Assembly (NCBI GenBank): GCA_014728035.1
Contig: WJMJ01000068.1
Coordinates: 1 to 30,753 of the forward strand
Reading direction: 5' to 3'
DNA from: Promethearchaeota archaeon
Lineage (GTDB): Archaea; Asgardarchaeota; Thorarchaeia; Thorarchaeales; Thorarchaeaceae
Length of the DNA stretch: 30,753 nt
Shown here: piece after piece, positions 8,472-17,721 of the stretch
How positions within the stretch are numbered: position 1 is the stretch's first letter
How the letters are laid out: each line of letters opens with the position of its first letter
Made by a program: the position numbers and the translations under genes
The notes under the pieces: model-generated
Told to the model about the DNA's origin: nothing
Seen by the model: the letters and a program-made list of their open reading frames with translations, nothing else
Databases searched by the model: none

Positions 8472-8984
8472 ATGACTAGTCGCCGATCTCTTAAAAAAAT
8501 GCCAGTTGAACAGCTTTACACCGAACTTGAGGATGCAACAAAACGAGTTGAGAACTTTGATGCAGCTGGAATGGATACATGGAAAGAAAGTGTTGCCAGA
8601 AAGAAATTGGAAGAGTTGATTCAGAATCTCTCTGTTATATCAAGTGAGATTGAAAAGAAATTAGAGAAAGCAACTGATGATGAATTACTTGAACAATATG
8701 AATCCCTCAAAAAATCGAGAGATCAAGCCGCAGATGAAGCAAGAGAGAGACTTTCATTCATAACAGAAAATCATGCGACTCTACTCGAAATCATTGATGA
8801 ATTAGACCAAGTGGTTAAAGCAGCTGACACCGAGTCTCCTAATGAGGATCAGATTGCTCAGTTGAGAAAAGCAATTCTCAATCTTGAAACTTTTATTACT
8901 GAAAATAGTCTTTCAACAAAAGCTTTGAACAAAGCTAGGATAGCAATTGAAAAAGGACGACGAGTTCATTCCAAAATGCACTAG
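8472..8984 (+). CDS. All-alpha helical-bundle hypothetical protein, paralogue of 23320/23476..23967
   Basis: Shared blocks MPxxxLYxxLED, MxxWxESxA, PxxxxIAxLR, (L/V)ETxxxExxxS, AxxxIxxxRxxxS. Confidence 0.8.
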   Translation: MTSRRSLKKMPVEQLYTELEDATKRVENFDAAGMDTWKESVARKKLEELIQNLSVISSEIEKKLEKATDDELLEQYESLKKSRDQAADEARERLSFITENHATLLEIIDELDQVVKAADTESPNEDQIAQLRKAILNLETFITENSLSTKALNKARIAIEKGRRVHSKMH

Positions 8985-9118
8985 ATAAAACCAATCTGAT
9001 GGGTCAATAGAGAATTATTTTGCAAAGGGGGGATTCTTTCAAAGTAGAATTGATACCATAATGAAATACCTTCTGAATCTATTACGGAAAATGATGCTAA
9101 TAGTTTATCGAGAATGAG

Positions 9119-9529
9119 TTAGTTCTTATCCTTAGTTGTTATTACGTGAACCTCTCCACGGATATCATCAAATGAAATGGGTTCATCCGCTAGAAGATCT
9201 CTGAGAATTTCTAAAGTCAAATCATTTATCATGAAATCTTCTTTCTTAATAATTTTCAAAGCTGCATTGTGATTCCACTCAGCTTCTTCATCACTAACTG
9301 CATGAAATGTTACGATATACCTTTCCTCAACACTTCCAATAAGTAGTCTAAGTTTTCCATACTTTATCCCACTAATCTCTTGACCCACTGACTGTTTTGC
9401 ATACATCTGGATAGCTGACATAACTGAACTAAACAATTCTGGTTTCATTTCTAACTGTTCAAACCCAATTGATGCTCTAGGTATCCCCGTGTCGTCAAAT
9501 ACCACTATTCCTTTCAAGTATATCAGCAA
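9119..9529 (-). CDS. Stand-alone longin/roadblock-like domain protein (Asgard type)
   Basis: Pattern 'GIVVFDDTGIP...PELFSSVMSAIQMYAKQ...ISGIKYGKLRLLI...YIVTF' fits the beta-beta-alpha-beta-beta-beta-alpha longin order. Confidence 0.7.
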   Translation of the reverse strand: MLIYLKGIVVFDDTGIPRASIGFEQLEMKPELFSSVMSAIQMYAKQSVGQEISGIKYGKLRLLIGSVEERYIVTFHAVSDEEAEWNHNAALKIIKKEDFMINDLTLEILRDLLADEPISFDDIRGEVHVITTKDKN

Positions 9530-9683
9530 CCAAGAGTTTTAGATACTCTCAATAGAAGACTATCAGCTTCTATAAAGAAGTATCTTGTGTAATAGGAAAT
9601 ATGCTATGATATCTAAGATATTTCTATAAGTCTGATTCGTAAATCAAAAAGTAATGTAGCCTACGCAATCAGGTGATTTCACA

Positions 9684-10697
9684 TTGAGTAATACAGAACA
9701 AGTCGAGGATTCTGATTATCTCTCTTGGTACAGGGAGATGCCTCCTTCCATTCCTCTTATAGTACTGATCTTTCTGAATATCCTTGCGATAATAGTAGCT
9801 ATTGTTAGTATTGCAATGAGTTACATTGGACAATTTCCATTCACTTCTCATCTAGGAGTGTATCGGATACTTCCTGGAGATGTGTTGGTTGATTTCTTAT
9901 GGCCGTATATCATCTCAGGATTGATCGCAATACTTGTTTACAAGCGAGGTGACTTAATTGGGTTGTTACTACTCAATATTCACAGAAAGGGTACAGATGA
10001 ACGATTCAAATATCATGTACAAGATCTAGCCCCAATCGTATCACGACAGACTCGTGTTACCAGATTAATCATGCCCGCATTTCTTGCCATGGGTCTTTCT
10101 TGGACTGTATCAAATACAGAAGGTCTGGTCAATTTCTTCTTTGTTGTAGAGAGTTTTGAGACCCTTCCAGAAGCTGCTGGACCCGGGATTGCAGTTACGA
10201 TTCCATTCTTCTTCCTGATGCTATTTATCGCAAGTTTAGTTTCTCTCGTTTATGTTCCTATTTGGTTACTGCGAGATAGTGGAGTTATCTGCGAAGAGAA
10301 AATTGATGATGAAGAAGGAGAACGGACAACAGTTGATATTGAAGGCGTTGGCAATGTGTATCTAGCTTTCTTCAAAGGATTCGCTGGTATTGCTACAATG
10401 CTTGCCTATGTACAGATTGCATACAATATCTATGGCTGGATTCAGAACCTACCAGTAACCGCTGAGCTTTCTATTTGGTACTTCATTCTGCCAATAGGTG
10501 TCGTCATCATTGCACCCTTAGTGGCCATGGCACCCATAACTCTACCATATATTGCATATGAGCTGTCTCTCATGCGTCATCTCAAATCCTTTGAGAAAGC
10601 ACTTCAGGACATGAAACTGAAGAGAGTGGTTGTTAGGACGATACCTGCAGAAGAAGTTGAAGATATCAAATCCACAAATGCTTGGGAAGTAGAATAA
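9684..10697 (+). CDS. Uncharacterised multi-pass membrane protein, paralogue of 1716..2609
   Basis: AGGTGA SD before TTG; about 6 TMs; motifs PIWLLRDSGV and DIEGVGNVYLAFFKGF. Confidence 0.8.
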   Translation: MSNTEQVEDSDYLSWYREMPPSIPLIVLIFLNILAIIVAIVSIAMSYIGQFPFTSHLGVYRILPGDVLVDFLWPYIISGLIAILVYKRGDLIGLLLLNIHRKGTDERFKYHVQDLAPIVSRQTRVTRLIMPAFLAMGLSWTVSNTEGLVNFFFVVESFETLPEAAGPGIAVTIPFFFLMLFIASLVSLVYVPIWLLRDSGVICEEKIDDEEGERTTVDIEGVGNVYLAFFKGFAGIATMLAYVQIAYNIYGWIQNLPVTAELSIWYFILPIGVVIIAPLVAMAPITLPYIAYELSLMRHLKSFEKALQDMKLKRVVVRTIPAEEVEDIKSTNAWEVE

Positions 10698-10725
10698 CAA
10701 ACTCATCTACTCCCCTCATTTTTTT
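10684..10725 (+). terminator. Possible hairpin + U-tract terminator overlapping the stop codon
   Basis: GGGAAGTAGA (10684-10693) pairs with TCTACTCCCC (10706-10715) with one mismatch; T7 at 10719-10725. Confidence 0.4.
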
Positions 10726-11257
10726 ATTCTAACATATTTCATATTATTTCATTTTTTGACTTGTTTACAATCTCCAATCATCATATTCTTCAGATTCTTA
10801 GAATTGATTTAGGTTCTGAGTTATCCAAATATGTCTTATTCAAATTTCAATAAATCTTGCAAGTAAAGATTCTTACTAACGATTATCTTTCTTATGAAAT
10901 TAGAAAGTTTGACCCTATTCTTGGAAATCCTCTATATGTGATGGTTGATCAACTAAATGAGGAAGAGAATCAACATTACAGACTTCTTTTTAAAAGCGCT
11001 ATTGGCAGGTTTGATCTCTATATCTCTATTTTGAAAAGACGTTGGGAAACATTTCATAGACAAACAATTGCCAAATTCGTCTTAAGAATTCCTAAATTGA
11101 TATATTTAGCTCTGATTCTAGTAAACATACAATCTCTGAATGATATGCCACAAATTTCAGCACACGCTTAGAGAAGTACTTCATTCTCCGGAATTTACCA
11201 AGTATTATATGCTTTCATGTGTTAACAATAGTTAATGATTAATAAGAAGATGTTACT

Positions 11258-13744
11258 ATGAGAAAAGGATTGATAGCTATCCTTCTGATAGCGTTGATAA
11301 TTGGTGCTGGTTTTTTCATTTTCATATCATTTCAAGAAACTCCTCCAGAGCTAGTTGAAGATTCTTCAGATGATGCTGGGCTGATAGTCCTCAATGAAAT
11401 TTATCCGAATGCAATTCCGTCTGAAGAATATGTTGAATTATATGTCACTGGATTTGTTCCTGATATTGATGGATGGATTCTAACCACCTATGATGATGAC
11501 AAAATTGTGCTACCCGCTTTGGAAGGTAGTAGTGATTTTCTGTATATTCGCATTTATTCTGGAGATGGCCAAAATGATGTAAATATAGATGATAATCAGG
11601 CAACTATTTTTGCAGGTTTATCTTCGTCAATTTTGGATCTCTCAGGCGATGAAGTGGGTCTGCATGATTCTATGGGATATCTTGTCGATTTCATGCGATA
11701 TGCTAGTGGGAATGGTGATGATTTACTAGGTGGTTGGTCTGGAGCGAAGGATCCAGATATCCCATCAGATGATTATTCACTATCATTGTTACTATCCACA
11801 TCAACAACAGGAGATTGGTTTGAAACCCCTCAAACTCCAGGAGAACCAAATGCATTCATCTTTGAGACTTCTGGTGATTATGGTGGTGAGGAGATTCTAC
11901 TCACAAATGGGCTTCGGATAGCGACAGAGCTTGAAGGAATCGATGATCGTTTTCATCAATCTGACAATATCACAATAAACCCAGGCCCTGGTGTGAATGC
12001 AACAATTATTAATCTCGTAAGAGAGCATATCAATTACTCACTGAACTTCTATCGAGAACATGGTTTCACCGACCCCGAACGTGATGCGCTTGACCGTATT
12101 AGAATTCGTGTTGTTAGAGGTGGTGAAAATTATACTACTGGTGCAACAGGTTTTGATGGATCGATAACGCTTGAAATCGGTGCAAATACCACAAAAGAAG
12201 AAATCAAGCTGGTTGGAGAACACGAGCTTATGCATGCTTTCCAAGTGAAGCGTCTAAACGAATCAACCCCAACTGAACACCGTCATATCTGGCTATACAG
12301 TAGGTGGTTTGTCGAAGGACAAGCTGAATTCTGGGGTATGTGGTCCATGTTGACCAATTATCCTCATATGACCATGACATCTTGGATGAAGATGGCTCAA
12401 CGAATTGGTGGTCTCAATTGGTTTACTCACTATCGCGATCTCAATGGTACTGGTGCATTTGATAAATGGCCTGGAACGTGGGATTCTTACATGGCTGTAT
12501 TTCTCTTCACAAAATGGATGAATGAAACTTATGGTACTGAAACGCTTCTAAAAATATTCAATGAAACTATCTACTATGGTCATGGAGATGCTAGAAATTC
12601 ACCTCCCACAGATGCTCTCAAGAAAGTCCTCAACTTGACTATGGAAGAAGCCCTAGCAAAATTCTGGTCTTGGTTGCTATTGGATTCACATCGAGAGAAT
12701 GGTGTACCAACCTACACACCACATGTTCGATTGGACTACACTGATTCACCAGTTGGTGATACTATTGGTGTTCGTGGAGGTGGAGGTGCAGTTATTGAGG
12801 AATTGAATGTAACAGGAGAGTCTCCTTTCACACTTCAGCTGAATTATTCAAATGCAAACGATAATTGGTCAATAGTAGTTCTTGTATTCTATGAGGATGG
12901 AACAAACGCAACAATCAATGTTCCGATCAATCAAACTACACAATCTGGTGAGATACTTGTAGATCCAAACTCACCCAAACGTATTACTCGTCTGTGGGTT
13001 GTGAAAGGTCTCTATACACCAACTCACTCACAAATAACAATGAATGTTACTCCCATTCATGATCAGATTGAAGAGCTGACCTATAGTGGTGATGCTGTTG
13101 GTGATACAGTTGAACTTCAACCTGGAGAGTCTGCATTTGAGGTCATCCATGTCAATAGTACTCAAGCATTTTCCGTGTTTCTAAATTGGACGGGTAATAA
13201 TAACACACAATGGAATTTCACAATTATTCGCTATTGGGAAGATGGGACCAATGACACCTTCAATGTGGAGTATGAGAATGGCACTTGGAATGGTTATGTT
13301 GTAGATCCTGATGCGGGACCTGTTTCAATAACAAAACTGGTAATTATCAAGCATAACTTAAACGAAACAGCAGTTAATGTGACCATGATGGTGACTCCAG
13401 AATCAGAACACCCATTTAACACCCTCTATCCTATGGATTGGAATACACCATACTGGTGGAGTCCGTTATTATGGGGTCAATACGGTGGCTTTCTAACTGC
13501 ATATGCTAATCTTGAATCGACTTCAGGATATGAATTCACTGCTGAGTTTCCTGTTGGTGGTGACTTTTCAGTCTTGGTCTTGAATTCTAGTTTGGAGATC
13601 ATTACTGAATTCTATCTGAGTATGAGTTCTCCATCGTACAATCTAACTGGTATTGTGACCGGGGTTCATTACTTCGTTGTTATATCCCATCTTGGACCCG
13701 ATTTCTATCTAAGTGTAGAAGCCAAACCCTATGCATGGCCGTAG
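11258..13744 (+). CDS. Exported or membrane-anchored lamin-tail-domain (LTD) zinc metallopeptidase (gluzincin-type HExxH...E) with tandem C-terminal beta domains
   Basis: N-terminal signal/TM. LTD motifs IVLNEI, EYVELY, DIDGWIL, GDEVGL, TPGEPN. EHELMHAFQ and WFVEGQAEF. A 115-aa-period repeat at 12731-13054 and 13076-13399. Confidence 0.82.
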   Translation: MRKGLIAILLIALIIGAGFFIFISFQETPPELVEDSSDDAGLIVLNEIYPNAIPSEEYVELYVTGFVPDIDGWILTTYDDDKIVLPALEGSSDFLYIRIYSGDGQNDVNIDDNQATIFAGLSSSILDLSGDEVGLHDSMGYLVDFMRYASGNGDDLLGGWSGAKDPDIPSDDYSLSLLLSTSTTGDWFETPQTPGEPNAFIFETSGDYGGEEILLTNGLRIATELEGIDDRFHQSDNITINPGPGVNATIINLVREHINYSLNFYREHGFTDPERDALDRIRIRVVRGGENYTTGATGFDGSITLEIGANTTKEEIKLVGEHELMHAFQVKRLNESTPTEHRHIWLYSRWFVEGQAEFWGMWSMLTNYPHMTMTSWMKMAQRIGGLNWFTHYRDLNGTGAFDKWPGTWDSYMAVFLFTKWMNETYGTETLLKIFNETIYYGHGDARNSPPTDALKKVLNLTMEEALAKFWSWLLLDSHRENGVPTYTPHVRLDYTDSPVGDTIGVRGGGGAVIEELNVTGESPFTLQLNYSNANDNWSIVVLVFYEDGTNATINVPINQTTQSGEILVDPNSPKRITRLWVVKGLYTPTHSQITMNVTPIHDQIEELTYSGDAVGDTVELQPGESAFEVIHVNSTQAFSVFLNWTGNNNTQWNFTIIRYWEDGTNDTFNVEYENGTWNGYVVDPDAGPVSITKLVIIKHNLNETAVNVTMMVTPESEHPFNTLYPMDWNTPYWWSPLLWGQYGGFLTAYANLESTSGYEFTAEFPVGGDFSVLVLNSSLEIITEFYLSMSSPSYNLTGIVTGVHYFVVISHLGPDFYLSVEAKPYAWP

Positions 13745-13755
13745 ACCAAGTCAAG

Positions 13756-13791
13756 CTGATACCTCTTCTTGGAGGTATCAGATTCTTTTTT
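13756..13791 (+). terminator. Hairpin + U-tract terminator
   Basis: CTGATACCTC-ttcttg-GAGGTATCAG (perfect 10-bp stem) then ATTCTTTTTT, just after the stop codon at 13744. Confidence 0.75.
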
Positions 13792-13825
13792 CGATACATT
13801 CACTAACCGTTCATTCTTAGTTGGA

Positions 13826-13902
13826 AAAACTTGGACATCTAAGTGTTGTCCCTCCAGAGGCGGTACTGGAGTTAACTTAGTCGTGGTCAGCGATGTTATG
13901 TC
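13826..13902. repeat. Copy 2 of the dispersed intergenic repeat
   Basis: 13856-13902 matches 1-47; 13826-13838 is the inverse of 109-121; internal hairpin CTCCAG-N8-CTGGAG. Confidence 0.5.
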
Positions 13903-13942
13903 ATTCTTGTGAATAGATAATCATAGATATATTCCGAGATTC

Positions 13943-14524
13943 TTAGAAATTAAATACAAAAGCGAAAGATATTCCAGCGACAAACAATATTAAAGAAAAT
14001 AATATTGATATCCATACTCCCATCAGGTGTGCCCCATTCAAGAAATTCTCAATTTCTTTTTCGGACCAATACTTAGTCTTCCTCATATAATCTGCTACAA
14101 ATTCTGCATAAGCTTGTTTTTTTGAACCTAACAGATAGGTTGCAACAAGGTGGCTACTCGTTAACCCCAATATTGACAGAACTCGTAGGAGGAATGGTAT
14201 AGACGGGAATGAAACTATTAGTATTACAAACCCAATCCCGATTAGAATAGTCAAAACCATATCTAAACGGTGAGGGTTTCGAACCAACGGATTCGGGTGA
14301 CTTTTTAGGTCTCGATTCAAATAGGTCCAGATGATTTGATCTTGAATATCTTTGAGACCCCATCCTCCTTGTAGAACCAATCTATCTCCATCTTTTTCGA
14401 ATCTTGCATCTTTTGTAATAAATGATGTTTCCACAACAATTTCCTCTGGGGGGTGTTTTCCCAATATGCGAGAAATCCGATCCACTTCATTTCTGATTTC
14501 TTCCTCGGAAACATCAGTTGACAC
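13943..14524 (-). CDS. Hypothetical membrane protein (soluble N-domain plus 3 TMs)
   Basis: 193-aa ORF, GAGGT SD before GTG, three hydrophobic segments. Confidence 0.7.
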   Translation of the reverse strand: MSTDVSEEEIRNEVDRISRILGKHPPEEIVVETSFITKDARFEKDGDRLVLQGGWGLKDIQDQIIWTYLNRDLKSHPNPLVRNPHRLDMVLTILIGIGFVILIVSFPSIPFLLRVLSILGLTSSHLVATYLLGSKKQAYAEFVADYMRKTKYWSEKEIENFLNGAHLMGVWISILFSLILFVAGISFAFVFNF

Positions 14525-14620
14525 ACTTAAACCTCATAGTAATTACGTTAAGAAATTATATTAATTTCTCTATCATATTTTTGTAGTATTTTTTGATATA
14601 CTCATATTCCTTGTCTTGAA

Positions 14621-15367
14621 TCATAAGCGAGTTTCCTTCATCTTTTTTTCTAACAAATCCCAATTTCCCATCTGTCGTAATACATCTTGGTTACACAGTG
14701 CTTGATCAGTTGGTCCATCAAATACAATTTGACCACTGTCAATAGCAACAACCGAATCAGCCCAATTCTCTATGAAGAATCTATTATGAGTTGTAAATAA
14801 GACACTGATTCCCTCTCTACGCAGCTGAGAGATGATTTCAACTATACTCTGAACCATGGGAAAGTCCAATCCAGTAAATGCTTCATCAAGTAGTAGGATT
14901 TTTGGTTGCATTGCAAGAATACCTGCGAGAGCGACGCGCTTTGCCTGACCGTGACTCATCTGATTGACTGCTCGGTTGATATAATCTTCCATCCCTACAA
15001 ATTTAAGAGATTCTTCTACACGTTTTGCAACCTCGTCTTCATTGAGACCAAGATTACGTGGACCAAAAGCAACATCCTCCCAGACTGTTGGGGCAAATAA
15101 TTGGTCGTCTGGATTTTGAAAGAGAAATCCAATATCTTTTCTAATCTCCCAGAGATTCTCTCTTGTTAGTCTTCTGTCAAATATCAGTATGTTTCCAGAT
15201 AGTGGTTCTAAAAGGCCAAGTATCAGTTTGAATAATGTTGTCTTTCCTGATCCGTTCAGTCCAATGAGTGCCTTGTGCTCGCCTCGATGGAGATTCATAC
15301 ATATATCCTCCATCACGAATTCTTCGTATCGAAAATTCACATGATTGACTTCAATTGCGCAGGTCAT
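14621..15367 (-). CDS. nikO: ECF-type Ni/Co transporter ATPase (NikO/CbiO)
   Basis: Walker A GLNGSGKT, FQNPDDQLFAPTV, signature MSHGQAKR, Walker B LLLDE, H-loop TTHN. Start overlaps the nikQ stop. Confidence 0.9.
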   Translation of the reverse strand: MTCAIEVNHVNFRYEEFVMEDICMNLHRGEHKALIGLNGSGKTTLFKLILGLLEPLSGNILIFDRRLTRENLWEIRKDIGFLFQNPDDQLFAPTVWEDVAFGPRNLGLNEDEVAKRVEESLKFVGMEDYINRAVNQMSHGQAKRVALAGILAMQPKILLLDEAFTGLDFPMVQSIVEIISQLRREGISVLFTTHNRFFIENWADSVVAIDSGQIVFDGPTDQALCNQDVLRQMGNWDLLEKKMKETRL

Positions 15368-16164
15368 ATTGATATCACTCCTTGCCAGCTTGGATCAAGA
15401 TGATGTACAAACAGTACTAGTAATACTACAACAAAACCTAGGATTACATCGGTGTTTCTAAATCCTGCTCCTTTTACCATAGTTCCTCTTCCAAATCCTC
15501 TAAGCGTCATCGCATCGTATACAACCATACTTCTGTCCAATGCTCTATCGATTGTCGAACCCACCATGTAACCCATTGACAGAATTCTACGGGCTCTTGT
15601 TCCCCTATCGAGCCCGCGAAGTTCCTGTGCATCCTGCATTCGGCTCCTCTCAGCAATAAAGACTGGAATATATCTTAGCATAATTAGTAGTGAACCTAGA
15701 ATTGATATCGGTATTCTAAGTGTTCGCAATGCTTGAATGAATTCTATCAGTGTCATATGTGACAATGCAGCTGTAAATAGTGTGATGAGGGTAAGCATCC
15801 TGATTCCAAATAGAATTCCTAGTTCGAGACCTTCAGTATACGTATTCAATAATCCAAAGGGGGTTGGAATGGCAAATAGTAAGGTTTCTCCATAGAGAAA
15901 TGGGATAAAGAAAATCCAGAATAGAATAACTAGCTCGAATCGAGCAACTAAGCGAATGACAATTCGCCATCTCGTTCTTGCAATAGTTCCTCCGATGGTT
16001 AGCAAGGTTAACATAATAACCACAATAATGGGATCGGTTTGGGTTGAGATGATGATAGCTGTAGCGATGGAGGCGATGAAAATGGCCGTGGGAGAGAAGC
16101 GTACTAATTGTGTATTTCCTTCCTTGAATGGTAACAGGAATCCGTTCAACTTCTCTCTCCACAA
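15364..16164 (-). CDS. nikQ: ECF transmembrane component T (NikQ/CbiQ)
   Basis: 'ALRTLRIP', 'LRYIPVF', 'AQELRG', 'AMTLRGF' conserved X-R-X motifs. Confidence 0.9.
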   Translation of the reverse strand: MWREKLNGFLLPFKEGNTQLVRFSPTAIFIASIATAIIISTQTDPIIVVIMLTLLTIGGTIARTRWRIVIRLVARFELVILFWIFFIPFLYGETLLFAIPTPFGLLNTYTEGLELGILFGIRMLTLITLFTAALSHMTLIEFIQALRTLRIPISILGSLLIMLRYIPVFIAERSRMQDAQELRGLDRGTRARRILSMGYMVGSTIDRALDRSMVVYDAMTLRGFGRGTMVKGAGFRNTDVILGFVVVLLVLFVHHLDPSWQGVISI

Positions 16165-16182
16165 ATTGAATACTGGTATATT

Positions 16183-16464
16183 CTATTCAGTCTTTCTTGA
16201 GGTAAGCCAGAAACATGCAAGAGCGGCTATAAGGATTATTCCAATTCCAGTAATCCCAGCTAATAGATCTGCGACAGGACCTTCACCAAACTGAAAGAGT
16301 GCGAATCCGCCTTCGGGTTCATGAATTCCTGCAAACTCAAAAAAGGCCCATTCAAAACCATCTGGATTTCCAGAGGCAAGACCTCCAAGAATAACAACTG
16401 CAATGATTGCAATAATAACTATCAATGCTGGGATAACGAACTTAGTAAAATCTTCTTTATTCAT
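16183..16464 (-). CDS. nikN: PDGLE-domain accessory protein (NikN)
   Basis: Two TMs flanking 'ASGNPDGFEW'; ATGA overlap with nikM. Confidence 0.85.
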   Translation of the reverse strand: MNKEDFTKFVIPALIVIIAIIAVVILGGLASGNPDGFEWAFFEFAGIHEPEGGFALFQFGEGPVADLLAGITGIGIILIAALACFWLTSRKTE

Positions 16465-17171
16465 TCATCAGAACCTCCAGCTGAAACTGAAACTGGAAAC
16501 TTATCGACCTGTGAAACCTCTCGGGTATCACTATCTTTAAGAAATGATATGAGTGAGGGTTTTGCCTTAACAAAATATGCAATAACCGCCGTTGCTAATA
16601 TTGCTTCACCAACTGCGATGATCACATGCACTCCTACTAGAGCACTCAATGCTAATGTTGTGAACCCCTCCACTGACAAGAGCTCTAGACCAAGAGCGAA
16701 AGCTGCAATGATGGTTGTGAAGAATGACGAGATTGCAGTAGCTACAAGAACTGATTTTTTTTCTTCAGTTACTTTCGTTAGCCACTTGAATATCAGAATT
16801 GCAATAGCCCATCCTGCGAAACACCCCAGTACACCCATATTAAAGAAGTTGAGTCCATATGCTAAGATTCCTCCATCACCATAAAGTGCTTGTACAAAGA
16901 GGACTAAAGCTATGATGAGCATACCAGCCCATGGACCTAACATAATAGCAAGTAGAGCTGAACCTACTAGATGGCCACTTGAGAAGGGGGGAACGGGGAA
17001 GTTAACCAATTGAGCTGCGAAGATTACTGCTGCTAAGACACCCATATATGGAACCAATCTATCATCAAATTTTCTGTTCACCATCTTTACTGAGGCGAAC
17101 AGGAACACAGCGCTTATCCCCAACATTGTAAGGACAAGCCAGAGTGGGAGTACACCATCTGGTACATGCAT
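16461..17171 (-). CDS. nikM: ECF nickel/cobalt S component (NikM/CbiM)
   Basis: Start set at ATG 17171 to give the metal-binding N-terminus MHVPDG. Also 'FAAQLVNFP', 'SGHLVG', 'QALYGDGG', 'HVIIAVGEA'. Confidence 0.92.
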   Translation of the reverse strand: MHVPDGVLPLWLVLTMLGISAVFLFASVKMVNRKFDDRLVPYMGVLAAVIFAAQLVNFPVPPFSSGHLVGSALLAIMLGPWAGMLIIALVLFVQALYGDGGILAYGLNFFNMGVLGCFAGWAIAILIFKWLTKVTEEKKSVLVATAISSFFTTIIAAFALGLELLSVEGFTTLALSALVGVHVIIAVGEAILATAVIAYFVKAKPSLISFLKDSDTREVSQVDKFPVSVSAGGSDE

Positions 17172-17200
17172 GCTAATCAATCCATAGTATTTACAAGTGA

Positions 17201-17247
17201 GTGTATGTCAACACTTAAGTGTGTTACTTATTGGGAAATTGTGTTAC
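17201..17247. promoter_or_regulatory. Candidate NikR operator in the nikM/nikR divergent promoter
   Basis: GTGTTAC (17221-27)-13 bp-GTGTTAC (17241-47); a third similar half-site GTGTATG at 17201; palindrome ACACTTAAGTGT at 17211-22. Confidence 0.65.
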
Positions 17248-17279
17248 TATTTGTTGATATAATTACTATGGTGAATAAC

Positions 17280-17705
17280 ATGGAACTAAGAAGATTTGGA
17301 GTATCTGTCCCTGGTGATCTATTAAACGAGTTCGATACTATTGTTGAGGAGAAGGGCTACATAGGACGCTCTGAGGCTCTCCGTGATGCTATGCGATTAT
17401 ACATATCCAAGTACAAAGAAGAGGTTGAACAAGCAGGTGGATTCGCATCTCTGAGTATTGTGTACGAACATAAACCTAATCTGATGACAAAACTAATCAA
17501 ACATCAGCATGACGCGGAAGCCCATGTCATTTCCACTATGCATGTGCATCTTACAGATACACACTGTTTTGAGGTATTGACCATTCAGGGGACACCAGAG
17601 GGTATCAAACGACTGTCGAACAATATCGCTGGTTTGTCGGGTATAGAATACTCTCAGTTGTTCACCTTTGCTCTTCCTGAATATGCTGAAAAGCACACTC
17701 ATTGA
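17280..17705 (+). CDS. nikR: Nickel-responsive regulator NikR
   Basis: RHH 'RRFGVSVP...GYIGRSEALRDAMR'; metal domain 'YEH...QH...STMHVHL...CFEV'. GGTGA SD before ATG 17280. Confidence 0.95.
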   Translation: MELRRFGVSVPGDLLNEFDTIVEEKGYIGRSEALRDAMRLYISKYKEEVEQAGGFASLSIVYEHKPNLMTKLIKHQHDAEAHVISTMHVHLTDTHCFEVLTIQGTPEGIKRLSNNIAGLSGIEYSQLFTFALPEYAEKHTH

Positions 17706-17721
17706 GGTTCATTGAATCTTT

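Noticed and set aside
10857-11171. 104-aa TTG-started ORF
   Set aside because: No SD, no motif, AT-rich intergenic composition; probably spurious or a decayed remnant.
16321-16884. 187-aa plus-strand ORF and other antisense or nested ORFs (e.g. 358, 3324, 3509, 5540, 6872, 15956, 19590, 26792, 28937, 29485)
   Set aside because: Shadows of well-supported genes on the opposite strand or in another frame.
17166-17279. 38-aa N-terminal extension of NikR overlapping the nikM start
   Set aside because: The RHH domain begins at ATG 17280 with a GGTGA SD; the extension spans the promoter and operator.
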